A stretch of DNA of 64,000 nucleotides from Gammaproteobacteria bacterium. Its GTDB lineage: Bacteria > Pseudomonadota > Gammaproteobacteria > Eutrophobiales > Eutrophobiaceae. The notes under the pieces are model-generated. The model worked only from the letters and a program-made list of their open reading frames with translations. It searched no databases and was not told the DNA's origin. Location: contig OZ251218.1 in assembly GCA_965240365.1 (NCBI GenBank), positions 258,689-322,688 on the forward strand, in the 5' to 3' direction. The position numbers and the translations under genes are program-made. Of this stretch, positions 40,540 to 50,450 are shown piece by piece. Each line of letters begins with the position of its first letter. Within the stretch, counting starts at the first letter, position 1.

Positions 40540-41352
40540 ATGAAGTCCTTTTTACTCCTATGTGCCTTGTTGCCGTTTGTCCTTTCGTCGGCAAACGCGG
40601 GCGAGGCGCGGTTGAAACTGGCCACCACCACCAGCACGGAAAATTCCGGCCTGCTGGCCGTGCTCAATCCTCCGTTTGAGGCAAAATATAATGTCAAGGT
40701 GGATGTGATCTCGGTCGGCACCGGCAAGGCCATGCGGCTTGGCCGCAACGGCGATGTGGATCTTATCCTGGCGCATGCCCCGGCCGCCGAGCAGAAATTT
40801 GTCAGCGAGGGTTATGGCATTGAACGCGAGCCGGTGATGCACAACGATTTTGTGCTTATCGGCCCGGCCTCCGACCCGGCCGGTCTGCGCCAGGCGGCCG
40901 ATATTGGCGATGCCATGACCAGGCTGCTGAATGCCAGACACCCCTTTGTCTCCAGGGGCGATGACTCCGGCACCCATAAAAAGGAAAAAAACCTGTGGCA
41001 GGCCACGGGCCGGACGCCGACCGGCGGCTGGTATCTTTCGGTCGGTCAGGGGATGGGGGTCGTGCTGCGCATCGCCAATGACAAACAGGCTTATACCTTA
41101 ACCGACCGCGGCACCTATCTGGCCTACCGCGATAAACTCTCGCTCGGCATCCTGTTTCAGGGCGCCGCGGCCCTGTTCAATCCCTATCATGTTATTTTGG
41201 TCAATCCGGCCCGACACCCTCATGCCAAGGTCGATCCGGCCCGGCAGTATTCCGCCTTTATCCGCGGCCGGCAGGGGCAGGCCATCATCGGCAATTTCAA
41301 GGTAAACGGCGAGATTCTGTTCCACCCGGATGTCATTAAAGCGCGGCCCTGA
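40540..41352 (+). CDS. tupA: tungstate/molybdate-type ABC transporter substrate-binding protein (TupA-like), with no transporter partners nearby
   Basis: Signal peptide plus the TupA signature LKLATTTSTENSGLL...DVISVGTGKAMRLGRNGDVD. Confidence 0.7.
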   Translation: MKSFLLLCALLPFVLSSANAGEARLKLATTTSTENSGLLAVLNPPFEAKYNVKVDVISVGTGKAMRLGRNGDVDLILAHAPAAEQKFVSEGYGIEREPVMHNDFVLIGPASDPAGLRQAADIGDAMTRLLNARHPFVSRGDDSGTHKKEKNLWQATGRTPTGGWYLSVGQGMGVVLRIANDKQAYTLTDRGTYLAYRDKLSLGILFQGAAALFNPYHVILVNPARHPHAKVDPARQYSAFIRGRQGQAIIGNFKVNGEILFHPDVIKARP

Positions 41353-41356
41353 GCCA

Positions 41357-41880
41357 GGGTCACCTCATCTAAAATAAGGTGTCAGTTATCCTGGCCACGG
41401 TATCGTTAGGATCACTCATAATGCGCCTATCGCCCCTGTCGTTATTCCAGCGAAAGCTGGAATCCAGTGGTTTATGCCATACATTCCCGCCCAGGCGGGA
41501 ATGACAATTAGACAGAACTGGCGCTCATTTCACATCCCGGCCGGCCCTCCTGGATTCCGGCCTTCGCCTGCCTGCAGCAGGCAGGCCGGGCGGCTACGGG
41601 CGTCCTCGGCAGCTTGTTCCAGACGCTGCTCTACCACCTACGTCCTGTAGGCGTGCCCTCACGCCGCATACAGGACATCCTGTCCATAAATGACGACGAG
41701 GTGTTGTTTTGGCTTTCCGTTATCCTGCCTGTCTGCAAGAGGCAGGGCTTTAGCGGGAACACAGGGTCACCTCATCTAAAATAACGCTCAGGTATTCTGG
41801 CCACGGTATCGTTGGTATCGCTCATATCGCCCGCTATGTTAGCAATTTAGATGAGGTGACTCTGGGCCCTAAGCCCACTC
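41357..41880. repeat. composite repeat block: about 80-bp direct repeats (gggtcacctcatctaaaata...) flanking a MITE copy, plus an inverted partial copy at the end
   Basis: Copies at 41357-41440 and 41763-41840. The inverted segment ttagatgaggtgactctggg is at 41846-41866. Confidence 0.6.
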
Positions 41881-41905
41881 ATTAAGAATTTCAACCGCCG
41901 CGCGG

Positions 41906-43378
41906 TTATAATTTCAGGGCCTCCTGCAACTCAAGCTCATATTCAAATTCGGCCAGGCGCGCGGCGATGCGCTGTGACTGATAATAATCCAGCGCATACT
42001 GCTGCCTTGTGAATTCAAGTTTATCAAGCGCCAGTTCAGTATCGCCCGCCAGATAATAATATTCCGCCTGCAGGATCGCGACCTCGATATCATTGCCCAG
42101 CAACGCCTCGGCCTGACCAAGCAGGCTGTAGGATTTAAGATCATGCGCATGCTGGCGCTCATAATCCTTCAGCAGCGCGCGCGCCTTTTTGGCCTGCTTA
42201 ACATCCAGCAGGGCCCGGCTGTAGTTCATGATCACCGGCTTGTAATCGGGATAAAGGCCATAGGCCCGCTCATAGATTTCAAAGGCCGCGGCATAATCGC
42301 CCTTGCGGGTCTCAAGCCGGGCCGCGAGCAACAGATAGGCGCTGTCATCCGGCCTGTCCTTGAGCAGAATATCGACCTGCTGCCGGGCCAGTGAAAAATC
42401 ATTATTATTGATATAGGCATAGGCCAGACCATAGCGCAGCGGCATATTCCGCCCGGCCCTCGCGGGGCCGGTTTCGAGCGCCTTGCGCAGGGCTAACGCG
42501 GCCTCTTTGGGCGTCTTATACGAATCAACCCGGAGTTTGTTGCGCACCAGTTCATAGGCTTGCGAATTGCGGAATTGGCCGGGCGGGAAACGCTCCGCGC
42601 GCGCGCGCGCGTCGGCGATACGGTCGCTGGTCAGCGGGTGGGTGCGTAAAAACTCCGGCGCGCCGCTCTGGGAATAGCGCGACAATTGTTGTAATTTTTC
42701 AAAGAACGTGGGCATCGCGCGCGGGTCATAGCCGGCCCTGGCCAGCACCTGCATGCCGATGCGGTCGGCCTCCTCTTCGTTGGCGCGGGTGAAGTTGATC
42801 CTGTTCTGCGTGTTCAGGCCGCTGATGCCCGCGATGGCGGCCGCGCCCGCGTCACGGTTGGCAATGCCCACCAGGATCGCCCCGAGCAGGGCGGCGGCGG
42901 TCGGCAGCCGGTAACGGCTGGCCTCTTCAAACTGGCGCGCCAGATGGCGCTGGGTCACATGGGCAATCTCATGCGCCATGACCCCGGCCACCTCGCTTTC
43001 ATTGGCCGAGTTCAGGATGATGCCGCTGTGCATGCCGATCACGCCGCCCGGCCCGGCAAAGGCGTTAATGGTCGGGTTATCGATCACAAAGAAGCTAAAG
43101 GGCTGGCGGGTATTATCGCTGTGCGAGGCGATGCGGTGGCCGAGCGACTGAATATAAGACTCCACCTCGGCGTCGGTCACGACCCGGGCAGACTGGCGGA
43201 TTTCACGCAAAAACATCTGCCCGAGGCGGCGCTCATACTCGGGCGAGACCACGCCGCCGGCCGAATCGCCGAAGTCCGGCAAATCCTGCAGGGTGACGGC
43301 GGCCACCACGGCCGGTATCAGGGTCAACAGCAGGATCAGCCTGAAATGATGCCGGCGTTTGTTTAGGGAAACGGTCAT
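41906..43378 (-). CDS. bepA: M48 metalloprotease with TPR repeats (BepA/YfgC-like)
   Basis: Signal/anchor sequence, HEIAHVTQRH zinc motif, and a TPR-rich C-terminal half. Confidence 0.85.
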   Translation of the reverse strand: MTVSLNKRRHHFRLILLLTLIPAVVAAVTLQDLPDFGDSAGGVVSPEYERRLGQMFLREIRQSARVVTDAEVESYIQSLGHRIASHSDNTRQPFSFFVIDNPTINAFAGPGGVIGMHSGIILNSANESEVAGVMAHEIAHVTQRHLARQFEEASRYRLPTAAALLGAILVGIANRDAGAAAIAGISGLNTQNRINFTRANEEEADRIGMQVLARAGYDPRAMPTFFEKLQQLSRYSQSGAPEFLRTHPLTSDRIADARARAERFPPGQFRNSQAYELVRNKLRVDSYKTPKEAALALRKALETGPARAGRNMPLRYGLAYAYINNNDFSLARQQVDILLKDRPDDSAYLLLAARLETRKGDYAAAFEIYERAYGLYPDYKPVIMNYSRALLDVKQAKKARALLKDYERQHAHDLKSYSLLGQAEALLGNDIEVAILQAEYYYLAGDTELALDKLEFTRQQYALDYYQSQRIAARLAEFEYELELQEALKL

Positions 43379-43559
43379 GCGTGTTTTATCGGTTCATGCC
43401 TGGATTGCGAGTTTAGCATAACAAGATAGACCGGGGCCAAGGCGATTCGGTTTCATTGCGGCGGCGCTTTTAACAGGCTCTTTTGAGTTCCGAGTGGGTT
43501 AAGCCGCATGTGGATTGAGTGTGCAGAAAATGGCATGAGCCTGTCTGCGGCAGACAGGC

Positions 43560-44000
43560 CGGAATGATGTAAAGCCGGAACAACACCCCATCGTCATTCC
43601 AGCGAAAGCTGGAATCCAGTGGTTGATACAATACATTCCCGCATAAGCGGGAATGACCATCTGAATACCTCATTCCAACCGACCCCGCTGAGTTACCTGC
43701 CACCCCGCTACCTGCCTGCGGCAGGCGTGGATTCCAGCTTTCGCTGGAATGACGAAACTGTTGTCATTTTGGCCTACCTGCTGCCCGCAGGCCATCTCCG
43801 TTCTGTCCTGGTCATCAATTAAGCCAGAATTATTGCAATTACCCACTCGGATTTTAAAAGAGGCCTTTAACACTTCTGTAAGCTCATCTTCACTGCCATA
43901 TGGCCAAAGCCGGTAATTCGTCATTCCGGCGAAGCTCGCCTACAGGACGTAGGTGGTAGAGCGGCGCCTGCCTGCTGCAGGCAGATCTGGAACAGGCCAC
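43560..44000. repeat. MITE/repeat block (units A, B, C; about 25-bp TIRs gtcattccagcgaaagctggaat...attccagctttcgctggaatgac)
   Basis: Terminal inverted repeats can be read directly. The same units recur elsewhere in the window. Confidence 0.65.
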
Positions 44001-44049
44001 CGAGGAATCCGGCGAATATTCCCTGACTTACCGCGTTTTAATCCACGCT

Positions 44050-44322
44050 TTAAGCCTGACGGCTTTCCTGAACATCTCTGGCCAGCCACGCTTTAATAAG
44101 AGACTGGTAAGGCATATCTCTTTTGTTGGCTTCCACTTTGATGCTGTCCAGCAAACCTTGTGGCAATCTCAAGGATATTGTCTGTGTTGATGGCTTCAGG
44201 TTGGGCATGACAACGCTTTCCGCCTTACTCAAGTCAAAATATTTACTTGAATCATGCGTCTCCCAAAACTTACGTTCCTCCTGCTCAGTTTTAAAGGCCG
44301 GGACTTTCTTAAGTTCGCTCAT
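44050..44322 (-). CDS. brnA: BrnA-type (CopG-like) antitoxin
   Basis: A 90-aa protein ending ...YQSLIKAWLARDV, downstream of and overlapping brnT. Confidence 0.7.
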   Translation of the reverse strand: MSELKKVPAFKTEQEERKFWETHDSSKYFDLSKAESVVMPNLKPSTQTISLRLPQGLLDSIKVEANKRDMPYQSLIKAWLARDVQESRQA

Positions 44323-44608
44323 AACTCTTTCTCTCCTTTGGATGCATGTCTCTAGCTGAGATTATCCGAATCAACGTATCATCATTTCTCAGTGTCATTG
44401 TAATATGCAGTTTCCTTTCCGAGTCTGTTTTTCCGTAGGCATGGTACCTAAACTCTTTCTTGCTATGCTTGACATCTACAAGTAATAAAAGGGGTTCGTT
44501 GAAGAAAATCTGCTCCGCCTCAGCCTGAGTAACACTATGTTTATCCTGGCTTTTCCGAGCATTTCCTGCATCCCAGTCAAAACCCGTTATCTTGCTCAAA
44601 TCGACCAT
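44309..44608 (-). CDS. brnT: BrnT-type ribonuclease toxin (DUF497)
   Basis: FDWDAGNARK...KH motif and IRIISARDMHPKERKSY. Confidence 0.75.
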   Translation of the reverse strand: MVDLSKITGFDWDAGNARKSQDKHSVTQAEAEQIFFNEPLLLLVDVKHSKKEFRYHAYGKTDSERKLHITMTLRNDDTLIRIISARDMHPKERKSYERT

Positions 44609-44914
44609 TGTTGTATATTACTAAAATATACAAAACTTACAATTCCACTACAAACTGATCGGCTATGCGCTTTAGACGCCGGATAGAGGCAGGCAGCGCT
44701 GCTTGCGAATAACCGGGCGGATCACCTCCACCCGGGCAAGTCCTTTGTGACTCAACTTGATTTATTCCTTCGCCATGTCCCCTCCTGAACACAAAAGGAG
44801 ACATTACTATCTGGGGCCAACAGAAGCCGGACATCGTCTTGAAACTGAGAAATGCTAACGTTGTGTTGTGATATGATATACTATTGAAATGTGCAATATT
44901 TATGAGCAAAATCA

Positions 44915-45490
44915 ATGCCGAATACATCAACATCAGACTTCCTGGCCCTAAAAGGGCCCCAGCCGACCACCTCAAAAGACTTGAACACATCGCCAAAGCC
45001 GGCGCTCGACGCCATGCCGCCGTCTGGTGGGGAGTTGACGGCCGAAGAGCAAGCGATTTTGAAGGCCGGGGGGATCGATTTGGACACCGAACTCAAGACC
45101 GATCCACTGGCCGAGACCGCCGCCAAATTCGCGGCCCTTTTGAAAAGCAGTCTGACAATCAAGGATATCACAAAACGCATTGGTAAGTCAGAAAGGCAGG
45201 TACGGCAAATGATCGCGAAGGGAACGCTGTACAGCATCCAGGAGAAGAACCAGTGTTACATCCCGCGTTTTCAATTTGACCACTCCGGTCGCTTGCTGCC
45301 GCACATCACCAGGGTCAATGTTGCGCTGCGGAAAACGCTGCACCCGGTGTCGGTGCTCGAATGGTACACCGAGCCACACCCGGATCTTTATCATGGTAAT
45401 GATATTGAACGGACGTTCAGCCCCGTGGCGTGGCTGAACGGTGGGCAGGACTGGCAAAGGGTTGCCACACTGGCAAAACAGATGCCATGA
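44915..45490 (+). CDS. Xre/ParS/MbcA-type antitoxin of a RES-Xre pair
   Basis: An HTH (IKDITKRIGKSERQVRQMIAKGTL) and a stop 4 nt before the RES toxin start. The N-terminus is low-complexity, so the true start may be internal. Confidence 0.6.
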   Translation: MPNTSTSDFLALKGPQPTTSKDLNTSPKPALDAMPPSGGELTAEEQAILKAGGIDLDTELKTDPLAETAAKFAALLKSSLTIKDITKRIGKSERQVRQMIAKGTLYSIQEKNQCYIPRFQFDHSGRLLPHITRVNVALRKTLHPVSVLEWYTEPHPDLYHGNDIERTFSPVAWLNGGQDWQRVATLAKQMP

Positions 45491-45493
45491 ATC

Positions 45494-46126
45494 GTGGCTA
45501 AGCTGCCACGCGAGCCGGATCTTGATGTTCTAAAAGCGCTTCAAGCCAGCACGATCCCGCTTGAACCCGATTGTCTTCTATTCCGTATCTACCGACGAGC
45601 GAGGCCGCACCCGACACGCTGGAATCAGTTTCGACACGCGGGGCCATTCGCCCGCTTTGACCATCACTTACCCGAGGACCCCGCGTCACATGAAAAGCGC
45701 GGCATTCTGTACGCGGCAACGGACTTGCCAACCGCGCTGGCGGAGTTCTTCCAGATGCCTCAACGGCGCATTGATCGGCACGAAAACGAACCCTGGCTTG
45801 CCGCGTTTCAACTGGCCTCGAAAGTTACACTGCTTGACCTGACCGACACGTTTGCCGTTCAGGCGGGCGCTTCAATGAAACTGATATGTGGCCCCTTTGG
45901 CCACGCGCAGGCATGGTCCAGAGGCTTTTATGAAGCCTACCCTGAAATCGGCGGGATACTCTATCCATCGTCAATGACGAACAGGCCCACGGTCGTTTTC
46001 TTTGAAAGGGCAGACAGCGCCGCGCTTTTCCCCAAGTCAACCCGGATAAACAGGGCGTTGGCCGACCCGGTCATGCTAAAACCACTGGCGATCGCGGCGC
46101 AGAAGATCAACTTCCGGCTGACCTGA
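45494..46126 (+). CDS. RES-domain toxin (NAD+-targeting ParT/MbcT-like)
   Basis: R...E...S signature residues within RIYRRARPHPTRWNQFRH, ALAEFF and YPSSMT. Confidence 0.75.
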   Translation: MAKLPREPDLDVLKALQASTIPLEPDCLLFRIYRRARPHPTRWNQFRHAGPFARFDHHLPEDPASHEKRGILYAATDLPTALAEFFQMPQRRIDRHENEPWLAAFQLASKVTLLDLTDTFAVQAGASMKLICGPFGHAQAWSRGFYEAYPEIGGILYPSSMTNRPTVVFFERADSAALFPKSTRINRALADPVMLKPLAIAAQKINFRLT

Positions 46127-46151
46127 CAAGGCATTATTGTCGGCAGGGCAC

Positions 46152-46823
46152 CTACCGCCCCAGGCGTTCGCCCAGCCAGACGCCGATGGCGTCGATCTCC
46201 TGCGGGCATACCGCGTGCGGCATCGGGTATTCCTGCCAGTCCACGGCATAGCCTGCTTGTTGCAATGCCTCTGCCGAGGCCAAACCCTGTGCCGACGGGA
46301 TGACCGGGTCGGTCAGGCCATGCGCCATAAATATCGGTATATCCCGGTTTGCGTCGTTGGCCTCGGCCTGAAGCCTGTCCGGCAGCGGCAAATAGGCCGA
46401 CAGGACGATGATCCCCGCCAGACGGGCGGGATGGCGCAGGCCGGTGTGCAGGGCCAGCGCGCCCCCCTGGGAAAATCCGGCCAGGATGATTTTTTCGGCG
46501 GGGATGCCGCGCTCCGTCTCGGCCTGGATATATTGCGCTATCAGGTCGGCCGAGGCGCGAATTGAAGCGGCGTCTTCCTGTTGGCGCAGATCCGGGGATT
46601 TGATGTCATACCAGGCCCGCATCCGCGCCCCGCCGTTGATGGTCACTGCCCTGAACGGCGCATGGGGAAAGATAAAGCGCGCGCCGGCCGCGTCCGGCAG
46701 CTTTAATTCCGGCGCCACCGGTTCAAAATCATGGCCGTCCGCGCCCAACCCGTGCAGCCAGATCACGCTGGCCCGGTGGCGGTCGGCAGGTTCAATGATA
46801 ACGGCGTCTGGTTTAAATGGCAT
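46152..46823 (-). CDS. alpha/beta-hydrolase carboxylesterase/phospholipase family protein
   Basis: Nucleophile elbow GFSQGG, and a His region in MAHGLTDPVI. Confidence 0.8.
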   Translation of the reverse strand: MPFKPDAVIIEPADRHRASVIWLHGLGADGHDFEPVAPELKLPDAAGARFIFPHAPFRAVTINGGARMRAWYDIKSPDLRQQEDAASIRASADLIAQYIQAETERGIPAEKIILAGFSQGGALALHTGLRHPARLAGIIVLSAYLPLPDRLQAEANDANRDIPIFMAHGLTDPVIPSAQGLASAEALQQAGYAVDWQEYPMPHAVCPQEIDAIGVWLGERLGR

Positions 46824-46949
46824 GAGTCCTATCCTGTATTTTGTTTGGGGCCCGGCTCGGATCGCGATATTTCTCCGGGCCAGATTATTTGCTATGCTGT
46901 GTCTCTCTTACTAATCTCTGTATAACACAAACATCACAGGATAGCGCAC

Positions 46950-47111
46950 ATGCGACCCAACATGCGACCCGCGCGGGCAAATTTATTCAGGCTCGGAATC
47001 ATACTGGCGCTTTTGTCCAGCGTCCCGGCCTGTGGCCAGAAAGGCGATCTCTATCTGCCGGACAAGACCGCCGCTCCGGTTGCCGATGATGATGTTGCCA
47101 AAAGCTGATCC
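46950..47111 (+). CDS. lptM: LptM/YifL-type small lipoprotein (53 aa; below the ORF-track size cutoff)
   Basis: A lipobox followed by the hallmark CGQKGDLYLP. It sits immediately upstream of lysA, which is the conserved synteny. Confidence 0.7.
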
Positions 47112-48365
47112 ATGCTGTCCGGATTCTCCTCTCAAGGCGGCGTATTACACGCCGAGGGCGTGGCCCTGCCCGATCTCGCGGCCGAGTTCGGCACGCCCTG
47201 CTATGTTTATTCCAGGCAGGCTATAGAGTCCAACTGGCGCGCCTTTGACACGGCGCTGGCCAGCCACGGGCGGCTCATCTGTTACGCCGTCAAGGCCAAT
47301 TCCAATCTGGCCGTGCTGAATATCCTGGCCCGGCTCGGTTCCGGCTTTGATATCGTCTCGGCGGGCGAATTGCACCGCGTTATCCGGGCCGGCGGCGATC
47401 CGGGCAAGGTGGTTTTTTCCGGCGTGGGCAAACGGCCCGATGAGATGGCCTTCGCGCTGCAACAGGGCATAAAATGCTTCAATGTGGAATCGGCCAATGA
47501 ATTAATCCTGCTCAATGCCGTGGCCGCCAGTCTCGATAAGACCGCGCCGGTGTCGTTGCGGGTCAACCCGGATATCGACGCCGAAACCCATCCCCATATC
47601 GCAACCGGACTGCGCGAGAACAAGTTCGGCATCGCCTTTGAACAGGCGCCGGAGCTTTATCAGGAGGCGGCCGCGATGGAACATATCAATGTGGTCGGGA
47701 TTGATTGTCATATCGGCTCGCAGATTATCAATCTGCAACCCTTCAAGGAGGCGTTGCAAAGGCTGCTGGAATTGATCGACCGGATCGAACACGGCGGCAT
47801 AAAACTGCAACATATTGACATGGGCGGCGGGCTGGGCATCACCTACCGCGAAGAAACACCGCCCACGGCGGAGGAATATGCCCATGCGATCGCCGAATGC
47901 CTGGCGGGCATTGAGTATGAGCTGATCCTTGAACCGGGCCGCAGTATCGTGGGCAACGCCGGCATCCTGCTGACCCGGGTCTTGTATCTGAACGCCACGC
48001 CCTGCCGTAATTTTGCCGTGGTCGATGCGGCCATGAATGACTTGATCCGGCCCGCGCTTTATGGCGGCTGGCATGAGATCAGGCGGGTTATTGCCGAGTC
48101 GGGCGCGGAGGAGTTGCTCTATGACGTGGTCGGCCCGATCTGCGAAACGGCCGATTGTCTGGCCCGGGAGCGGCCGCTGAGATTAAGGCAGGGCGATTTA
48201 CTGGCCGTCTGTTCCGCCGGCGCGTATGGCTTTATCATGGCGTCCAACTATAACTCCCGGCCGCGGGCTGCCGAATTGATGGTGGACGGCGGGCAGGTCT
48301 ATGAGGCCAGGAAGCGGGAGAGTATTGAAGATTTGATGAAGGGCGAAAGTCTGCTGCCCGAATAA
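47112..48365 (+). CDS. lysA: diaminopimelate decarboxylase
   Basis: PLP-binding region YAVKANSNLAVL, GGGLGI, and the typical 417-aa length. Confidence 0.9.
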   Translation: MLSGFSSQGGVLHAEGVALPDLAAEFGTPCYVYSRQAIESNWRAFDTALASHGRLICYAVKANSNLAVLNILARLGSGFDIVSAGELHRVIRAGGDPGKVVFSGVGKRPDEMAFALQQGIKCFNVESANELILLNAVAASLDKTAPVSLRVNPDIDAETHPHIATGLRENKFGIAFEQAPELYQEAAAMEHINVVGIDCHIGSQIINLQPFKEALQRLLELIDRIEHGGIKLQHIDMGGGLGITYREETPPTAEEYAHAIAECLAGIEYELILEPGRSIVGNAGILLTRVLYLNATPCRNFAVVDAAMNDLIRPALYGGWHEIRRVIAESGAEELLYDVVGPICETADCLARERPLRLRQGDLLAVCSAGAYGFIMASNYNSRPRAAELMVDGGQVYEARKRESIEDLMKGESLLPE

Positions 48366-48399
48366 CGGCGCGAGAGCGGGCCGTTTGTGATGCCACAAA

Positions 48400-49170
48400 G
48401 TCATTCCGGCCGGCTGGCCTGTTGCGGGCAGGCAAAAGCCGGGATCAATTTTACATCTTGACATTGCCTTCCTCGGCGACTGTTCCGACCTGCCCGCAGC
48501 AGGCAGGCGCCGCTCTATCACCTACCTCCTTTAGGCGAGCTTCCGCCGGAATGACGGCAGGAGTGGATGAAATACTGGTTATTATTCCGGCTTGCCTGCT
48601 GCAAGCAGGTCGAGTGACAGGAAATCAGAAAAACACTTCGTTGTCATTCCAGCGAAAGCTGGAATCCAGTGGTTTATATGACATTCCCGCCTGAGCCTGC
48701 CCAGCGGGAATAACAACAAATACTTCATTCTGACCGGCTTGGTACGGCCAGACAGCATCGCAATCCGTTTTACATCCCGGCGCCGCCCTCCTGGATTCCT
48801 CGGCGGCCTGTTCCTGACGCCGCTCTACCACCTGCATCCATGCAGGCGAGCCTTCACCTGCCTGCAGCAGACAGGCTGGAATGACGATGGGGCGTTGTTC
48901 TGGCTTTACGTCATTCCCGCCTATCTGCAACAGGTCGACCGAAATAACTTAGTTAGTTGTCATTCCCGCAGGCGGGAATGTATGACATAAACCACTGGAT
49001 TCCGGCCTTCGCTGGAATGACGACGGGGGAATAGACAAATTCCGGCAACCTTGAATGTCATTCTCAACCCCTGCATCATTCTGATCTGCTAACTGCTGCA
49101 GGCAGGTCTGCGAAATCTGCAGATGACATGCCTACCTGATTTGTCTCATAGGTATTGAACCCGCGCATAA
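48400..49170. repeat. dense block of MITE/palindromic repeat units (A, B, C, D) between lysA and vapC
   Basis: Several copies of the gtcattccagcgaaagctggaatccagtgg, acattcccgc...gcgggaat and cctgcctgcagcaggc units. The 33-bp unit D lies at 49137-49170 with a hairpin. Confidence 0.65.
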
Positions 49171-49402
49171 ACGCGGGTTTCGTTAAAATGAAGTCTGATT
49201 CCGCCGAAGACCCCACTATGGCCGAAGACATCCGAGCTTTGGCTCAATGAATTTGCAAGCACCTCACTCTGGCCAGGCAGTCTTTATGTTGGATTTATTT
49301 TTATGATGCGCCACCCTTTTCAAAGACCAAGCTGGCGCCACTAAGTAGCGGACGGCGGGCATTTGCATATGATCCACTTACAAGGCACAACGTCAGCTTG
49401 CA

Positions 49403-49864
49403 TCAAGAACTAAAAAAGATGAGCCATTTCGCGCCGCCATCAGCATGTCTATTCCCAGGGATCAACAGCGCCACCCCCGTGGACGCGAAATCTTGAATAT
49501 TACGGGTGACCACCGGCAGGCCATGCACCAGGGCTGTCGCCGCGATCAGGGCATCCCGGTCTGATTTGGCGTCAGGCACATGTAATTTGGCGCACTGTCT
49601 GGCCACGGCCATATCGACGGGCAATATGCGGCCGGCGAAGGCGGGCAACACCTGGGTTTCGAGCCAGGCGCGAAGCACGCTGCCTTGTGCAGGGTCGCGG
49701 CGCTCGGCCAGGAGCACGCCGGTTTCAAGTTCGAGCAGGGTAATCACCGACAGGTAAAGACTGGCGGCGGGAACGCTCTCCGCCCACGCCAGAACCCTCT
49801 GCCCGGCTTTACCTGACTTGGCCTTCCTCAGTTCAGAAATCACGTTGGTGTCGAGCAGATACAT
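49403..49864 (-). CDS. vapC: PIN-domain toxin VapC
   Basis: N-terminal MYLLDTNVISELRK with PIN acidic residues, coupled to the upstream antitoxin gene. Confidence 0.8.
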   Translation of the reverse strand: MYLLDTNVISELRKAKSGKAGQRVLAWAESVPAASLYLSVITLLELETGVLLAERRDPAQGSVLRAWLETQVLPAFAGRILPVDMAVARQCAKLHVPDAKSDRDALIAATALVHGLPVVTRNIQDFASTGVALLIPGNRHADGGAKWLIFFSS

Positions 49865-50121
49865 CAGGACAAGTCCGCCGGGCGGTAGAGTTCGGATTGG
49901 CCGCAGGGCGCTTCAAAATCAATGTCGGCGGCGCTCGGCATAGCCAGCAGTTCTGCAATACTTTTACCCTCGCCAGTGATCTTTTGATACGTCTCAATGG
50001 TCAACAGCACATGCGCGGCACGGCCTCGATCAGTAATAAAAACCGGCCCATCTATTGCCGCCCTTTTGGCCTGACTGACATCCTGATTGAATTCTCTGCT
50101 TGTGATGCTGGTAATGTTCAT
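49864..50121 (-). CDS. Phd/YefM-family antitoxin
   Basis: An 85-aa protein with a Phd-like N-terminus (SITSREFNQDVSQAKRAAIDGPVFITDRGR). Its stop overlaps the vapC start. Confidence 0.75.
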   Translation of the reverse strand: MNITSITSREFNQDVSQAKRAAIDGPVFITDRGRAAHVLLTIETYQKITGEGKSIAELLAMPSAADIDFEAPCGQSELYRPADLS

Positions 50122-50450
50122 CTGATTGTCCTCGCTAATGAATCGTAGTGTAGTGTATTAAATTTTTGAATGATATACACCTATGCTCCGAACCCGATAG
50201 TTTATGAGCAGGCGTAACGGGAGTAAACACCATGCAAGACATGATCAAACCACGCGCCATAAGCGCCATAAATTAACAATACAGGTATGCCGGAGTCATC
50301 GTGTGATGGAAGATAAACAAATAGAAGCCATTATAAATGCCACATTTCCGGGGCTGATATTTTTCTGCTGGGACCTGGATTTGGACGAGCAACTTATCGC
50401 GAAATACAAGCCCGATCAGATCCTGACGGAGCGGGGATCCGCCTTACCCC

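Noticed and set aside
41357-49170. Possibility that the repeated units form a CRISPR array
   Set aside because: The units are heterogeneous in length and irregularly spaced, with no unique spacers and no cas genes. They match MITE/REP architecture instead.
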